This document shows, piece after piece, positions 20,111 to 29,182 of a stretch of 64,000 nt of DNA. Source of the DNA: Candidatus Woykebacteria bacterium RBG_13_40_15 (lineage in GTDB: Bacteria; Patescibacteriota; Microgenomatia; Woykebacterales; RBG-16-39-9b); contig MHCP01000014.1 of the NCBI GenBank assembly GCA_001816655.1, positions 27,068 through 91,067 on the forward strand, given 5' to 3'. The position numbers and the translations under genes were made by a program. Below the pieces are notes generated by a model that worked only from the letters and a program-made list of their open reading frames with translations, had not been told where the DNA came from and made no database searches. The stretch's first letter is position 1. Every line of letters starts with the position of its first letter.

Positions 20111-20171
20111 CAGTTCACACTCTAAGCCTATATTATTTAGGCAACCAAAAGATTATTGAAAGCTTAAATTT

Positions 20172-20480
20172 ATGAAATACGCGGTTATTAGAACAGGCGG
20201 CAAGCAATATAAAGTGATGGAGGGGCAAACTTTGGTTATTGAAAAAGTCGATGTTGAAAAGGAAAAACCCATAGAGTTCGATCAAGTCCTGCTTTTAGTG
20301 GAAGACGATAAAGCAAAGATTGGACAGCCGATTCTTGAAGCAAAGGTTAAGGCAAAAGTCATCGATCATATTAAAGGTGAAAAGATTGATGTTTTCAAAT
20401 ATAAAGCAAAGACGGGTTATCATCGTAAAATTGGGCACCGTCAAAACTTGACAAAGGTACAGATAGAAAAGATCGGATAA
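20172..20480 (+). CDS. rplU: 50S ribosomal protein L21
   Basis: YAVIRTGGKQYKV and GHRQ motifs. Confidence 0.97.
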   Translation: MKYAVIRTGGKQYKVMEGQTLVIEKVDVEKEKPIEFDQVLLLVEDDKAKIGQPILEAKVKAKVIDHIKGEKIDVFKYKAKTGYHRKIGHRQNLTKVQIEKIG

Positions 20481-20525
20481 TAAAATTAGAAGTTAGTATT
20501 TAGAAATTATAAATCCGGAGACAGT

Positions 20526-20789
20526 ATGGCTCATAAAAAATCAGGTGGTTCAAAGGCAAGACAAGGTAGTAAACCAGCTGGAAAACGTTTAGGCGTAAAA
20601 ATTTATGCTGGTCAGGCAGTATCACCAGGAGAAATAATTGTTCGACAAAAAGGAACGCGTTTGCATCCTGGAGAAGGGGTAAAAATTGGCAGAGACTTTA
20701 CCATGTTTGCCGTAAAAGAGGGAACAGTCGCAATTAGAAACGTGAAAGGTAAAAAATTTGTGGGTATTGCTCGCGAGGCTAAAAAATGA
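20526..20789 (+). CDS. rpmA: 50S ribosomal protein L27
   Basis: MAHKKSGGS, RLGVK and IIVRQKGT motifs. Confidence 0.97.
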   Translation: MAHKKSGGSKARQGSKPAGKRLGVKIYAGQAVSPGEIIVRQKGTRLHPGEGVKIGRDFTMFAVKEGTVAIRNVKGKKFVGIAREAKK

Positions 20790-21586
20790 TGGAAACGATA
20801 GATATTGAGACACTCGAAATCGACATTGATGTTTTACAACCAAACCCTCTGCAACCGCGAGGACAAATTTTACCGGATTCTTTGGTTGAATTGGCAGAAT
20901 CTATACGGGAACACGGGATTTTGGAACCTTTGATTGTTGCAAAGACGCCTGCTGGTTACCAAATAATCGCTGGAGAGAGGCGTTGGAGAGCATCGAAGTT
21001 GGCGGGTCTTACAAAATTACCCTGCTTGGTTAAGGAAACTTCCCCACGAGGCATGCTTGAAATGGCCTTAGTTGAAAATGTTCAACGAGTTGATTTAAAC
21101 CCAATAGAGCGGGCCCAAGCATATAGAAAATTAATTGAAGAATTTTCCTTGACAGCTACTGAAATTGGCCAGCGTGTTGGGAAAAGCGGTCCCTATATCT
21201 CAAATAGTTTGAGACTGCTTGAACTGCCTGATGCTCTAAAGGATGGATTACTTTCCAGTACAATTACCGAAGGCCATGCAAAGGCTTTACTTGGGCTAGA
21301 AGATATCAACTTAATGATAGCAGGTTACAAACAAGTTTTGTCTGAAAATCTTGGCGTTAGAGCGACAGAAGAAATGGTTCGTAGAATGAAGGCTAAAGCA
21401 GAAATAAAGCCCAAGACAAAGAGAGAGTATCAGCACTCAGAAGATATAACCAAAATTGAAAATGAAATTGCATCTTCTACAGGGTGCAAGACAAGGCTTT
21501 TGCGTTCTGCAAAAAGCGGTAGGCTTCTTTTGATTTTCACTTCAGACGATCAACTCCAAGCTATCTATAAGAAACTAACCTCCTAA
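20786..21586 (+). CDS. parB: ParB/Spo0J partition protein
   Basis: PNPLQPR, AGERRWRAS and ALVENVQRVDLNPIE motifs. Confidence 0.93.
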   Translation: MMETIDIETLEIDIDVLQPNPLQPRGQILPDSLVELAESIREHGILEPLIVAKTPAGYQIIAGERRWRASKLAGLTKLPCLVKETSPRGMLEMALVENVQRVDLNPIERAQAYRKLIEEFSLTATEIGQRVGKSGPYISNSLRLLELPDALKDGLLSSTITEGHAKALLGLEDINLMIAGYKQVLSENLGVRATEEMVRRMKAKAEIKPKTKREYQHSEDITKIENEIASSTGCKTRLLRSAKSGRLLLIFTSDDQLQAIYKKLTS

Positions 21587-22155
21587 TAAGTAATTCCTTT
21601 AATTATTGAAATCTTATTGGGTGGCCAGTAACGTAGCCATGCCTTTCCAATAATCGATTTTCTGGTGATTGGACCCCACTCTCTTGAATCATAGCTGTGC
21701 GTTCTATTATCCCCCAAAACAACATAACTGTCCGCTGGAACTTCAACTTTTTTCCCGTCTCGCAGGTAAGAGCCGCCTGATATGGGCTCAGTTATTTGAT
21801 ATGGTTCTGTGAGAGTAAAACCGTTTGGATGCTCGGAGTTATAAATAACGATGTGATCATTTCTAATTTCGACTTTTTCTCCGGGTAGCCCTATGATCCG
21901 TTTTATAAAGTCAACATCAGGGTTCGTTGGCGATTTAAAAACTATCACATCACCTCTCTGGGGTTTATTAAATCTGTAAGTTATTTTATCAGTTAGAATA
22001 TACTGACCATCATAAAAATTAGGCTCCATACTAGCACCTTTTACTTCATGGGGTTGGATAAGGAAGATGTACAAAACTACAAATATTGCGGCAGCGACAA
22101 CTACGGTTTCAATTATATCTATGAAAATAGCCAAAATGGATGTTTTTTCTCCCAT
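21583..22155 (-). CDS. lepB: Signal peptidase I
   Basis: GASMEP, FIKRIIGLPGE and LGDNRTHSYDSR motifs. Confidence 0.93.
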   Translation of the reverse strand: MGEKTSILAIFIDIIETVVVAAAIFVVLYIFLIQPHEVKGASMEPNFYDGQYILTDKITYRFNKPQRGDVIVFKSPTNPDVDFIKRIIGLPGEKVEIRNDHIVIYNSEHPNGFTLTEPYQITEPISGGSYLRDGKKVEVPADSYVVLGDNRTHSYDSREWGPITRKSIIGKAWLRYWPPNKISIIKGITY

Positions 22156-22294
22156 AACTAAAAACTGGGTTTTTAAAACCAGCAGTTTAAGTATACCTAT
22201 AAAATAAATTGCTACGCAAGAGTCGTTTTGCTAAAATATCGTCGGAGCCGTTATTTTACGTCGATTGGAAGTTGTCGTAAAATTGTTTTGCTTT

Positions 22295-22370
22295 GGGCCC
22301 GTAGCTCAGTGGTTAGAGCGTTCGGTTCACATCCGAAAGGCCGATGGTTCAAATCCATCCGGGCCCACCA
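22295..22370 (+). tRNA. tRNA-Val(CAC)
   Basis: Cloverleaf: GGGCCCG/CGGGCCC acceptor, TTCGG-TTCACAT-CCGAA anticodon arm, TTCAAAT T-loop, encoded CCA. Confidence 0.95.
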
Positions 22371-22375
22371 TTGTT

Positions 22376-23641
22376 ATGAATATTCCTTTTAAACTTGCCT
22401 ACAATACAACGGTTCAGTTTGCCGGCAGATTTATAACAGCAGTTTCTGCTGCAGGCATAACTTATTTAATAGCAAGCAAGTTTTCAGTTGGTAATTATGG
22501 TATTTACACTGCAATTTTGAGCTTTGTTTCACTATTTTATGTGTTCACTGATTTTGGATTCAATGCAATATTTGTTAGGGAGGTTGGGTTAGATTCCGAG
22601 AAGCAGAAAAGTTATTTCAAAAATTTGCTAGGGCTTCGGATTGTAACCTCAGTTCTTGTTGTTTTTATTGCGGTCGCTACGCTGTCATTTACAGATTACT
22701 CGGGGTTGGCAAAGCTGGGGATAATAATTGGACTACTTCTTATTGTTACGCAGTCTCTTGCTGCAACTGCTTTAGCCGTCTTCCAGGCTAAAATCCGTTA
22801 CGACCAAGCTTTGATTGCAGATACTTTTGGGGCGGTTGCCAACTTGGTTTTTGTTTATATAGCAGTTGTAAATTTTAGCAACATTCTTTTAGTGATTTTA
22901 GCTTTAGTTACGGGAAGTGCCGTCCGTACTATTGTAGCTTTATACTTAGCTCGGTTTCAGATTGGAGACCTCGAAATTTCATTCGATTGGATTTTCTGGA
23001 AAAAAATAATTATTCCAGCCATCCCAATTGGGGCCTTGGCAATTTTTAGTCAATTTAATGCACAAATTGATAAGCAGATAGTTTTCTTGGCCCACTATAA
23101 AGCAAGTTTAGGATTAGAGGGCCAGACTGCCGCTGGGATATACGGGCTGGCCTACAAAATTTTCGAGTTTGGTGTAGCTTTACCAACATTTATTATGAAT
23201 GTAGGCTATCCCCTAATGATTCAAAAAAAAGAAGAAGGGGAAGAAAAGCTACTTAACTTTTCAAAAAAATTAGGCATTTTGCTACTGATAATTGGGTTTC
23301 TTGGTTTGGTTTCTGGTTGGGTGTTATCACCTTGGGTTTTTAATATCCCAGGTCTCGAAAAGTTCTCTCAAAGTGTTCCAACACTTCGGGTTCTGTTGAT
23401 CGGATTGCCCTTGTTTTTTATTACCCCTGTATCTTTGTGGCTAGCAATTTCAATAAATAAGGAAAAGGAGATGATGTTTATTTATGGGTTTGTGGCCGCA
23501 CTTAATTTAGTTGCGAATTTGTTTTTCGTACCTTCGTTTGGTTACAATGCCGCGGCTGTAATTACTGTTGTAAGTGAGGGTTTGATCCTACTGTTAAGTT
23601 TTGGGGTTTTGTGGCTGGAAATTAAGAAGATAAAGACATGA
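22376..23641 (+). CDS. Polysaccharide flippase (Wzx/MOP family)
   Basis: Multi-TM protein with YGIY, DFGF, AGIYGLAY and GYNAAAVITVVSE motifs; ATG 5 nt after the tRNA-Val CCA. Confidence 0.85.
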   Translation: MNIPFKLAYNTTVQFAGRFITAVSAAGITYLIASKFSVGNYGIYTAILSFVSLFYVFTDFGFNAIFVREVGLDSEKQKSYFKNLLGLRIVTSVLVVFIAVATLSFTDYSGLAKLGIIIGLLLIVTQSLAATALAVFQAKIRYDQALIADTFGAVANLVFVYIAVVNFSNILLVILALVTGSAVRTIVALYLARFQIGDLEISFDWIFWKKIIIPAIPIGALAIFSQFNAQIDKQIVFLAHYKASLGLEGQTAAGIYGLAYKIFEFGVALPTFIMNVGYPLMIQKKEEGEEKLLNFSKKLGILLLIIGFLGLVSGWVLSPWVFNIPGLEKFSQSVPTLRVLLIGLPLFFITPVSLWLAISINKEKEMMFIYGFVAALNLVANLFFVPSFGYNAAAVITVVSEGLILLLSFGVLWLEIKKIKT

Positions 23642-24909
23642 AAATATTACAAATTTTGGTAGCCGTAACTTTGATTTTCCTTCCGCTTTATGTAATTCGT
23701 TGTAAAAATTTTTCCTGGTGTTCTTCTTCGGTACCATTTACATTGTTGGAGGTTTTGATTTTGATTACTTTTGCCGCCTGGGTTGTGTGGAAGGTATATC
23801 TAGCTAAAAAAGGGGAAAAAGTCTCTTGTAGCCTTTATGAAAGCCTTAGAAGACCATTTTTTTGGCCCCTAGTGGTATTTTTAATTCTTGCTACCATTTC
23901 CTTGTTTATTTCGCCAGATATTAGGTCTGCCGCAGGTATTTGGAAAGCCTACTTTATCGAGCCGGCCTTGCTTTTTATTGTAATTACCGACCTTGCTTCA
24001 CGTAAAAAATCACTTAATTGGCTTATTTTACCTATGATTTTCTCAGGCCTATGGGTTTCTGCTATAGCGATATGGCAAGTAATAGCGGATGTGCCTCACT
24101 TTAGTTTGAGTTTAACTAGAATTGAAAGGGTTACAAGCGTTTATAACACGCCAAATAGCCTTGGTTTATACCTAGGCCCGCTTTTTTTATTGACTAGCGG
24201 ATTTTTAGCCGGAACATTTAAAAGCAGAAAATATGGTCTTCAGAAGGTTGTTTTAATTTCTTTTCTTAGCGCATGTCTAATCTCGTTTTTGCTGACTATA
24301 TATTTGAGCGGTAGTAGAGGAGCACTTTGGGGCTTACTTTTTTCGGTTTTATTTTTCTTCTCTTTGGCTGTTTATTCAAAAGTAACAAAAAAGATTAAGA
24401 ACCTACTTAAAATAACTTTTTTTCTTGGGATAGTGGCTTTTTTGGCAGGCTGTTTTTTTTATTTTATCAATATAGATAAAATTGTTGCTGAGAGTAGTCA
24501 AGAGGTGAGGAATAGCTATATTTCACGTTTGTGTATGTGGCAAGGAACTAAGAGAATAGTAAGCGAGAAGGCAATTACTGGAATTGGCCTTTCTGGTTTC
24601 CCGGCGGTTTACCCACGTTATGCTACCTGCGAGCCATTTCATTATCAGTATCCTCATAATATCTTTTTGAATTTCTGGGCCGAACTTGGGCTTTTTGGGT
24701 TGGCTGCTTTCCTTTGGATTACATTTAAATACGTTGAGGTGATAAGTAAAGTCCCCCGCAGCTTCTTAGCTTTTGGTTTATTTTCGGTGATTGTCTATAT
24801 ATTCATTCACGGTTTAGTGGATGTTCCGTACTTTAAAAACGATTTAAGTGTACAGTTTTGGGTATTTCTAGCGATGGTGGGTTGGTTTGATAATGTTTAT
24901 AAGGGCTAG
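23638..24909 (+). CDS. O-antigen ligase/Wzy_C family protein
   Basis: TPNSLG, SGSRGA, RLCMW, YPHNIFL and HGLVDVPYFKND motifs. Confidence 0.85.
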   Translation: MKILQILVAVTLIFLPLYVIRCKNFSWCSSSVPFTLLEVLILITFAAWVVWKVYLAKKGEKVSCSLYESLRRPFFWPLVVFLILATISLFISPDIRSAAGIWKAYFIEPALLFIVITDLASRKKSLNWLILPMIFSGLWVSAIAIWQVIADVPHFSLSLTRIERVTSVYNTPNSLGLYLGPLFLLTSGFLAGTFKSRKYGLQKVVLISFLSACLISFLLTIYLSGSRGALWGLLFSVLFFFSLAVYSKVTKKIKNLLKITFFLGIVAFLAGCFFYFINIDKIVAESSQEVRNSYISRLCMWQGTKRIVSEKAITGIGLSGFPAVYPRYATCEPFHYQYPHNIFLNFWAELGLFGLAAFLWITFKYVEVISKVPRSFLAFGLFSVIVYIFIHGLVDVPYFKNDLSVQFWVFLAMVGWFDNVYKG

Positions 24910-25631
24910 CTTTTGACAACCACTGTTAAATTGGTAGTCTTTGTATTTCCCGCTTTATCTTTAGCTCTAACTTCAATTTTTGTTTCTCCAGCTGAAACAG
25001 ACAAGACATAAGAAAAACTGTTGTTTTGATAAATTGGGGTTTGAATTGAGTTTATGAAAACTGTTGTATCGGGTTCAGTTGTTCCTTTTATCGTTACATT
25101 TTTGGTTTCTTTTCCAAATACTTGCCCATTTACTGGTTCTGAAACTGTTAAAGCTGGTTCTGTTTTGTCTAAGGTTATAGTTGCTCTTTCCTCTTGGGTC
25201 TCTCCAGATTTGTCGGAGGCAGCTATTTTTATAAAATTAAGGCCCTCGTTAAGAGAGACGTCAGTAAAGGCGAATTTTCCAGCGTTGTCCGTAACTGTTT
25301 TTCCAGTTTCAGTTCCGTTCAAATAAAGTAATACATTTACCCCGGCGGTAGTTGAACCTGAGATTGTAATCTTTTCTTTGTTGGTGAATTCAGGTAGGGA
25401 AGAAAAAGTAGGTTTGGTTAAAGGAATATTAAGATCGGTGGACTCTTCAGCGTCTTTACTGTTTAAGCCGCCTATTATTTGGACAAAAGTAATTCCCCAA
25501 AACCAAATTACCAAAATTAAAACGGCCGTTATACCAATAATTATTGCTAATCGGCGGTAGATCTGTTTATTTTCCTGATTGAATTGACGGTAAGTGTAAG
25601 CTGGCACTCCCGCACGGATTTTTCTTTTCAT
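24906..25631 (-). CDS. Membrane-anchored protein with two Ig-like domains
   Basis: One TM helix followed by ITISG..GLNFIKIAASD and TIKGTTEP..AKDKAGN beta-sandwich repeats. Confidence 0.75.
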   Translation of the reverse strand: MKRKIRAGVPAYTYRQFNQENKQIYRRLAIIIGITAVLILVIWFWGITFVQIIGGLNSKDAEESTDLNIPLTKPTFSSLPEFTNKEKITISGSTTAGVNVLLYLNGTETGKTVTDNAGKFAFTDVSLNEGLNFIKIAASDKSGETQEERATITLDKTEPALTVSEPVNGQVFGKETKNVTIKGTTEPDTTVFINSIQTPIYQNNSFSYVLSVSAGETKIEVRAKDKAGNTKTTNLTVVVKS

Positions 25632-25636
25632 TTCCT

Positions 25637-25818
25637 TGGAGCCGATGGTCGGATTTGAACCGACGACCCACTCTTTACCTGCCCGACATCCTTGGAGCCC
25701 ATGGTCGGATTTGAACCGACAACCTGGCGCTTACGAAGCGCCTGCTCTTCCGTTGAGCTACATGGGCCCGTCAAGGCAGGCGGGCGAAAGAGGCGCTCTA
25801 CCACTGAGCTACATTAGC
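25637..25818 (-). pseudogene. Interrupted (outer) tRNA-Thr with a 107-nt insert in the anticodon
   Basis: 5' part about 25785-25818 (GCTAATG, D arm, CCTCT-TT-CG) and 3' part 25637-25677 (T-AA-AGAGT, T arm, CATCGGC-T-CCA); A4.C69 and C27.U43 mismatches. Confidence 0.8.
25693..25767 (-). tRNA. tRNA-Thr(CGT), nested inside the interrupted tRNA-Thr
   Basis: Perfect cloverleaf: GCCCATG/CATGGGC acceptor, GGCGC-TTCGTAA-GCGCC anticodon arm, GTCGG-TTCAAAT-CCGAC T arm, CCA. Confidence 0.93.
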
Positions 25819-25911
25819 AGGTTGATAGATCGAGAGTTCAAATACAATTTTCGACACCTGTATTATACATAATTTTTCAAAATAAAATAGGGACAGTTTG
25901 GGTGAAAAGGA

Positions 25912-26355
25912 TTAAATGTCTCCGGGGTCGAAAGTTCCAAACTCCACGTGTGTTAAGGCTTCTTTTAACAAGTCAATCGATGGAGCATGATATTCCCGAG
26001 GAGTGAGATCTACCTCCCCCATTCTCAAATGATTAGACATCCCAGAAAGTTGTGATATATCGCTTCTAAAATCACCTGCTTTAGCGTCCAGATCTTCTAC
26101 ATCATCATCCCACTTACTGAAGGCAAAATCTGGCTGTTCTTCGTTGGTCAGCGTTTCTCTAAGAACTCGAAAAACTCCTGGCTCTTTCTCTACAACATCC
26201 ATTTGGTATGGGCCTTTTTCTCGAGAAGCAGATTCTTCCACGCGCGGAATATCTAATGTCATTGGTTTTACTTCGCTTTCCCTAGCTTCAGCCTCTTCTT
26301 GAGATTCTATTTCCTGGGCTTCTGATTCACCCATTGAAGGGATTTCACCGTCCAT
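25912..26355 (-). CDS. Hypothetical acidic protein
   Basis: Glu/Asp-rich ORF between tRNA loci; no motif recognised. Confidence 0.6.
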   Translation of the reverse strand: MDGEIPSMGESEAQEIESQEEAEARESEVKPMTLDIPRVEESASREKGPYQMDVVEKEPGVFRVLRETLTNEEQPDFAFSKWDDDVEDLDAKAGDFRSDISQLSGMSNHLRMGEVDLTPREYHAPSIDLLKEALTHVEFGTFDPGDI

Positions 26356-26395
26356 AAATTTAGAATAACACAAAATTTTTATAAGTCAAAAAAGC

Positions 26396-26510
26396 TGGAG
26401 CGGTTGATGGTTCGACTTCGCTTACCACAAGCCTGGCTATTAAATGGAGCAGGTGAAGGGATTAGAACGCTAAAGCGTTCTGCGACCACTTCGTGGGCTA
26501 CGAACCCTTC
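26396..26510 (-). repeat. Two tRNA(Gly-like) 3'-end remnants, each carrying a small palindromic insert
   Basis: TGGAGC-initiated copies at 26396 and 26445; inserts at 26408-26432 and 26464-26500. Confidence 0.65.
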
Positions 26511-26515
26511 CATTT

Positions 26516-26590
26516 TGGAGCGGCGGACCGGATTTGAACCGGCGACCTTCTCCTTGGGAAGGAGACATTCTACCGCTGAACTACCGCCGC
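26516..26590 (-). tRNA. tRNA-Gly(CCC)
   Basis: GCGGCGG/CCGCCGC acceptor, TCTCC-TTCCCAA-GGAGA anticodon arm, U73, CCA. Confidence 0.95.
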
Positions 26591-26647
26591 GTGAATTCTA
26601 CCCAAGAAACATGAGCCTAAAAATTATACTTTATTAGCGGGTTTTTG

Positions 26648-27232
26648 TCACGGGACGACTAAGGTTTGCCCTGGAGTTATAAGTGGTTCACCGTTCGATA
26701 ATATACCAATTTTTCCGGGATTCATATCACGTATCTTAGTCCAATCAAATCCGTTTCCGTAGAACTTTTCCGCAATGCTCCAAAGACAATCGCCAGACGC
26801 AACAGTGTATTCTCGCACCTTTGTATCTGCTTTTGGAATATTCAATACCTGGTTTGGATTGATAAGGTTAGGGTTTGCTATTTTATTTTCAGTTGCTATC
26901 AAAACCCATTTGTACCCATCCTCGTAATATTTGGTTGAAATATCCCAAAGACTATCACCAGCCACAACTGTGTGCTTTGCTGGCAACTTGGTTGTTGTTT
27001 GTTTTGACGTATCCTGCTTTGGCGTTTCTTTGGCGGTTGATTTTTCGGTTGACTGATCGTTTGATTGTTCTGTCTTCGTACTTTCAGTCTGCTTTGCCGG
27101 CTGCGTAGCTGGTAGGGCGTTGAAAATAACAAAAAGACCGATTATGACAACAATCGCGATAATTCCCGAAATTATAGTTGAACGGGAAGACTGCCAAAAG
27201 TTAACCTTAGGTTTTCTACCTCTTCGAGCCAT
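26648..27232 (-). CDS. Membrane-anchored protein with two LysM domains
   Basis: HTVVAGDSLWDIS..I..N and YTVASGDCLWSIA..GQTLVVP repeats. Confidence 0.9.
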   Translation of the reverse strand: MARRGRKPKVNFWQSSRSTIISGIIAIVVIIGLFVIFNALPATQPAKQTESTKTEQSNDQSTEKSTAKETPKQDTSKQTTTKLPAKHTVVAGDSLWDISTKYYEDGYKWVLIATENKIANPNLINPNQVLNIPKADTKVREYTVASGDCLWSIAEKFYGNGFDWTKIRDMNPGKIGILSNGEPLITPGQTLVVP

Positions 27233-27430
27233 AAATTACCTCCAAAATTATAAATTATGAGAAGAATTTCGTCCCTCTTGATTTGGCAGTTTCGTCTCTC
27301 ACCAATTAGAAAAATACTATAGCAGTGGGCAATAGGCTAGTCAACAGGTACAAACAGAAGCTTTCTAGCTCATTTTGGTTCAGGAACGTTGACCAGGATA
27401 AGTTTATTTGGTAAACTATTTGGACTAAAT

Positions 27431-27506
27431 GGGTCCGTGGTGTAGCGGTTAACATGCCTCTCTGTCGAAGAGGAGATCGCCGGTTCGAATCCGGTCGGAC
27501 CCGCCA
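27431..27506 (+). tRNA. tRNA-Asp(GTC)
   Basis: GGGTCCG/CGGACCC acceptor, CCTCT-CTGTCGA-AGAGG anticodon arm, G73, CCA. Confidence 0.95.
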
Positions 27507-27645
27507 CTTTTTCCAATTCTCAATTCTTAGTTATTACGTTGACATCTCATAGTTTGTTTTTTATACTAGCGACAAGCAACTAGGTTGAAAGTATAGAGAA
27601 TCATAAAAGCACCCACCATTTTCATATTCCAAGGAGGAAAAAGAG

Positions 27646-28461
27646 ATGTCAGAACTAACACTTCCTTTCACAAGGGACAGGCTTGGCACGCGGGAGATGT
27701 GCGAGCTAATTCTCCACTCAGGGCAGGTGGCTCTTCGCGACATCAATGCGGGAGAGCTTCCATTTGAGTACAGCGCTAACAAGGCTACTCTGGTTCCAGG
27801 GCCCCACGGGCCGATCCTTGAAGGGACTCCCCGTTTTGGTCCTGGCTACATTCTCATCAAGGCGCTTGTCAGCCAGGAACACACATTCTTCAGCCTGATC
27901 AATCAGCTCGCTCTCCGAGTGGTTGACGCCCGTGTGCGGTTGGACGGAATCTGCGGAAATGTCTCGGGAGGGATGATTCCAGGATTCGTCCTAAAGCTCT
28001 ACCTCTCACATCTCTACGGTGGCCCCGTCTACTACTTCTACGCTAGGGAGATGCGAAAAGAGCACGGTTCCCGAGAGATGTTGGTAGGGGTGGACAACAC
28101 ACCCTTCATAAAGGAGGGCATGAACTTCGGGGACGTCGAGGAGCTGGTCAACAATGCCCAGACAACCTGTAACGCCGCTCTCACTCTCAGGGCGTCAGGT
28201 TTCAGGTGCACGCATGCGATTACCATTCTAGATTACGCCAACTCGGCGGCGAAGATTCAAAGGGAGGCGATTAATCTGACACAGATAAGTCTGGTAACAC
28301 TTCCCGAGCTTTTGGCTTACGCAAGGGATGTGGGGAAGTGGCCAGGCCCCGTCATCGACGATTATCTTTCCTACCTCGAAAGTCCTGACGATTGGGCGGC
28401 GAGGAATCAGGAGGCGATCATCAGGACACTTCAGCAAAAAGAGGAGGAGCATCATGGTTAG
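27646..28461 (+). CDS. Orotate phosphoribosyltransferase-like protein (divergent)
   Basis: Type I PRTase layout (GGMIPG, YAREMRKEHG loop, DVEELVNNAQT at the PRPP motif, SLVTLPELL); AAGGAGG SD. Confidence 0.7.
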   Translation: MSELTLPFTRDRLGTREMCELILHSGQVALRDINAGELPFEYSANKATLVPGPHGPILEGTPRFGPGYILIKALVSQEHTFFSLINQLALRVVDARVRLDGICGNVSGGMIPGFVLKLYLSHLYGGPVYYFYAREMRKEHGSREMLVGVDNTPFIKEGMNFGDVEELVNNAQTTCNAALTLRASGFRCTHAITILDYANSAAKIQREAINLTQISLVTLPELLAYARDVGKWPGPVIDDYLSYLESPDDWAARNQEAIIRTLQQKEEEHHG

Positions 28462-29182
28462 GTTCAACGTCGATCTCAGTAGACCTATTCTCTGCCTCGC
28501 TCTTGATGAAGGCTCGCTTGAGGGCAACCTGAAGCTAGCTGAGCAGGCGGCAGGCGAAGTCGATATGCTGAAGATCAACGATGACTCCGTGGACGACGCG
28601 GGACTTAGAGCCTGTGTTGAGCCTTTCCTTCAGTTCAGGCTCCCATTTTGGGTCGACATGAAGATGCTCAAGGGCGCAAGAACCATGGGGGAAAGGGCTA
28701 CATCCGCTGCCAAGCTTGGCGCCTCATTCATCAACGCCTACGCTCTGGCTGAAAGGCTTCTCAAGGGTCCTGTTGATGCTCTTGTCGGGACTGAAACAGG
28801 CCTTTTGGGACTAACTGTCCCAACCCATTTTGGAGAGGCCTACTGTCAGCTGGTGTTCCGGCGATCGCTGCCGGACTCAGTCCGCTTTCTCTCCGAGATC
28901 GCAATGGTTCAAAGCCTCGACGGATTGATTCTTCCTCCGACAACGCTTTCCGCAGTCGAGGACATCGATACCATCAAAGCGACCCCTGCCATCAGATCAG
29001 ATTGGTCCGAGAAGAAGGCGAATGACCAAGAGTCGTCGGCAACGCCGGCGGAAGCGGTCCTCGGTGGATCGAAGATCCTGATCGTCGGCAGCCCAATCCG
29101 CAAATACCCTGATGGTCCGGCGGCAGGGGCACGGAGGATCAAGGAGGAGATGCTTGAAGCCTTTGAGCGAAGAGGCGCTTGA
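28454..29182 (+). CDS. OMP decarboxylase-like protein (divergent)
   Basis: LCLALD, LKI, VDMKM, TPAIR, DQ, TPAEAV and VGSPI motifs; GAGGAG SD. Confidence 0.75.
   Translation: MVRFNVDLSRPILCLALDEGSLEGNLKLAEQAAGEVDMLKINDDSVDDAGLRACVEPFLQFRLPFWVDMKMLKGARTMGERATSAAKLGASFINAYALAERLLKGPVDALVGTETGLLGLTVPTHFGEAYCQLVFRRSLPDSVRFLSEIAMVQSLDGLILPPTTLSAVEDIDTIKATPAIRSDWSEKKANDQESSATPAEAVLGGSKILIVGSPIRKYPDGPAAGARRIKEEMLEAFERRGA

Noticed and set aside
22265-22375. N-terminal extension of the flippase ORF
   Set aside because: It overlaps tRNA-Val; the ATG at 22376 is the better start. The HIT ORF extension into tRNA-Lys is rejected for the same reason.
25678-25784. Group I intron in tRNA-Thr
   Set aside because: Only 107 nt, of which 75 nt is a tRNA; no room for a ribozyme core
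25636-25872. 78-aa ORF (and the 77-aa ORF at 26404-26637)
   Set aside because: Antisense read-through of tRNA genes and palindromes
26396-26590. CRISPR-like array of TGGAGC repeats
   Set aside because: Repeats are short, irregularly spaced tRNA 3' ends, and there are no cas genes in the window
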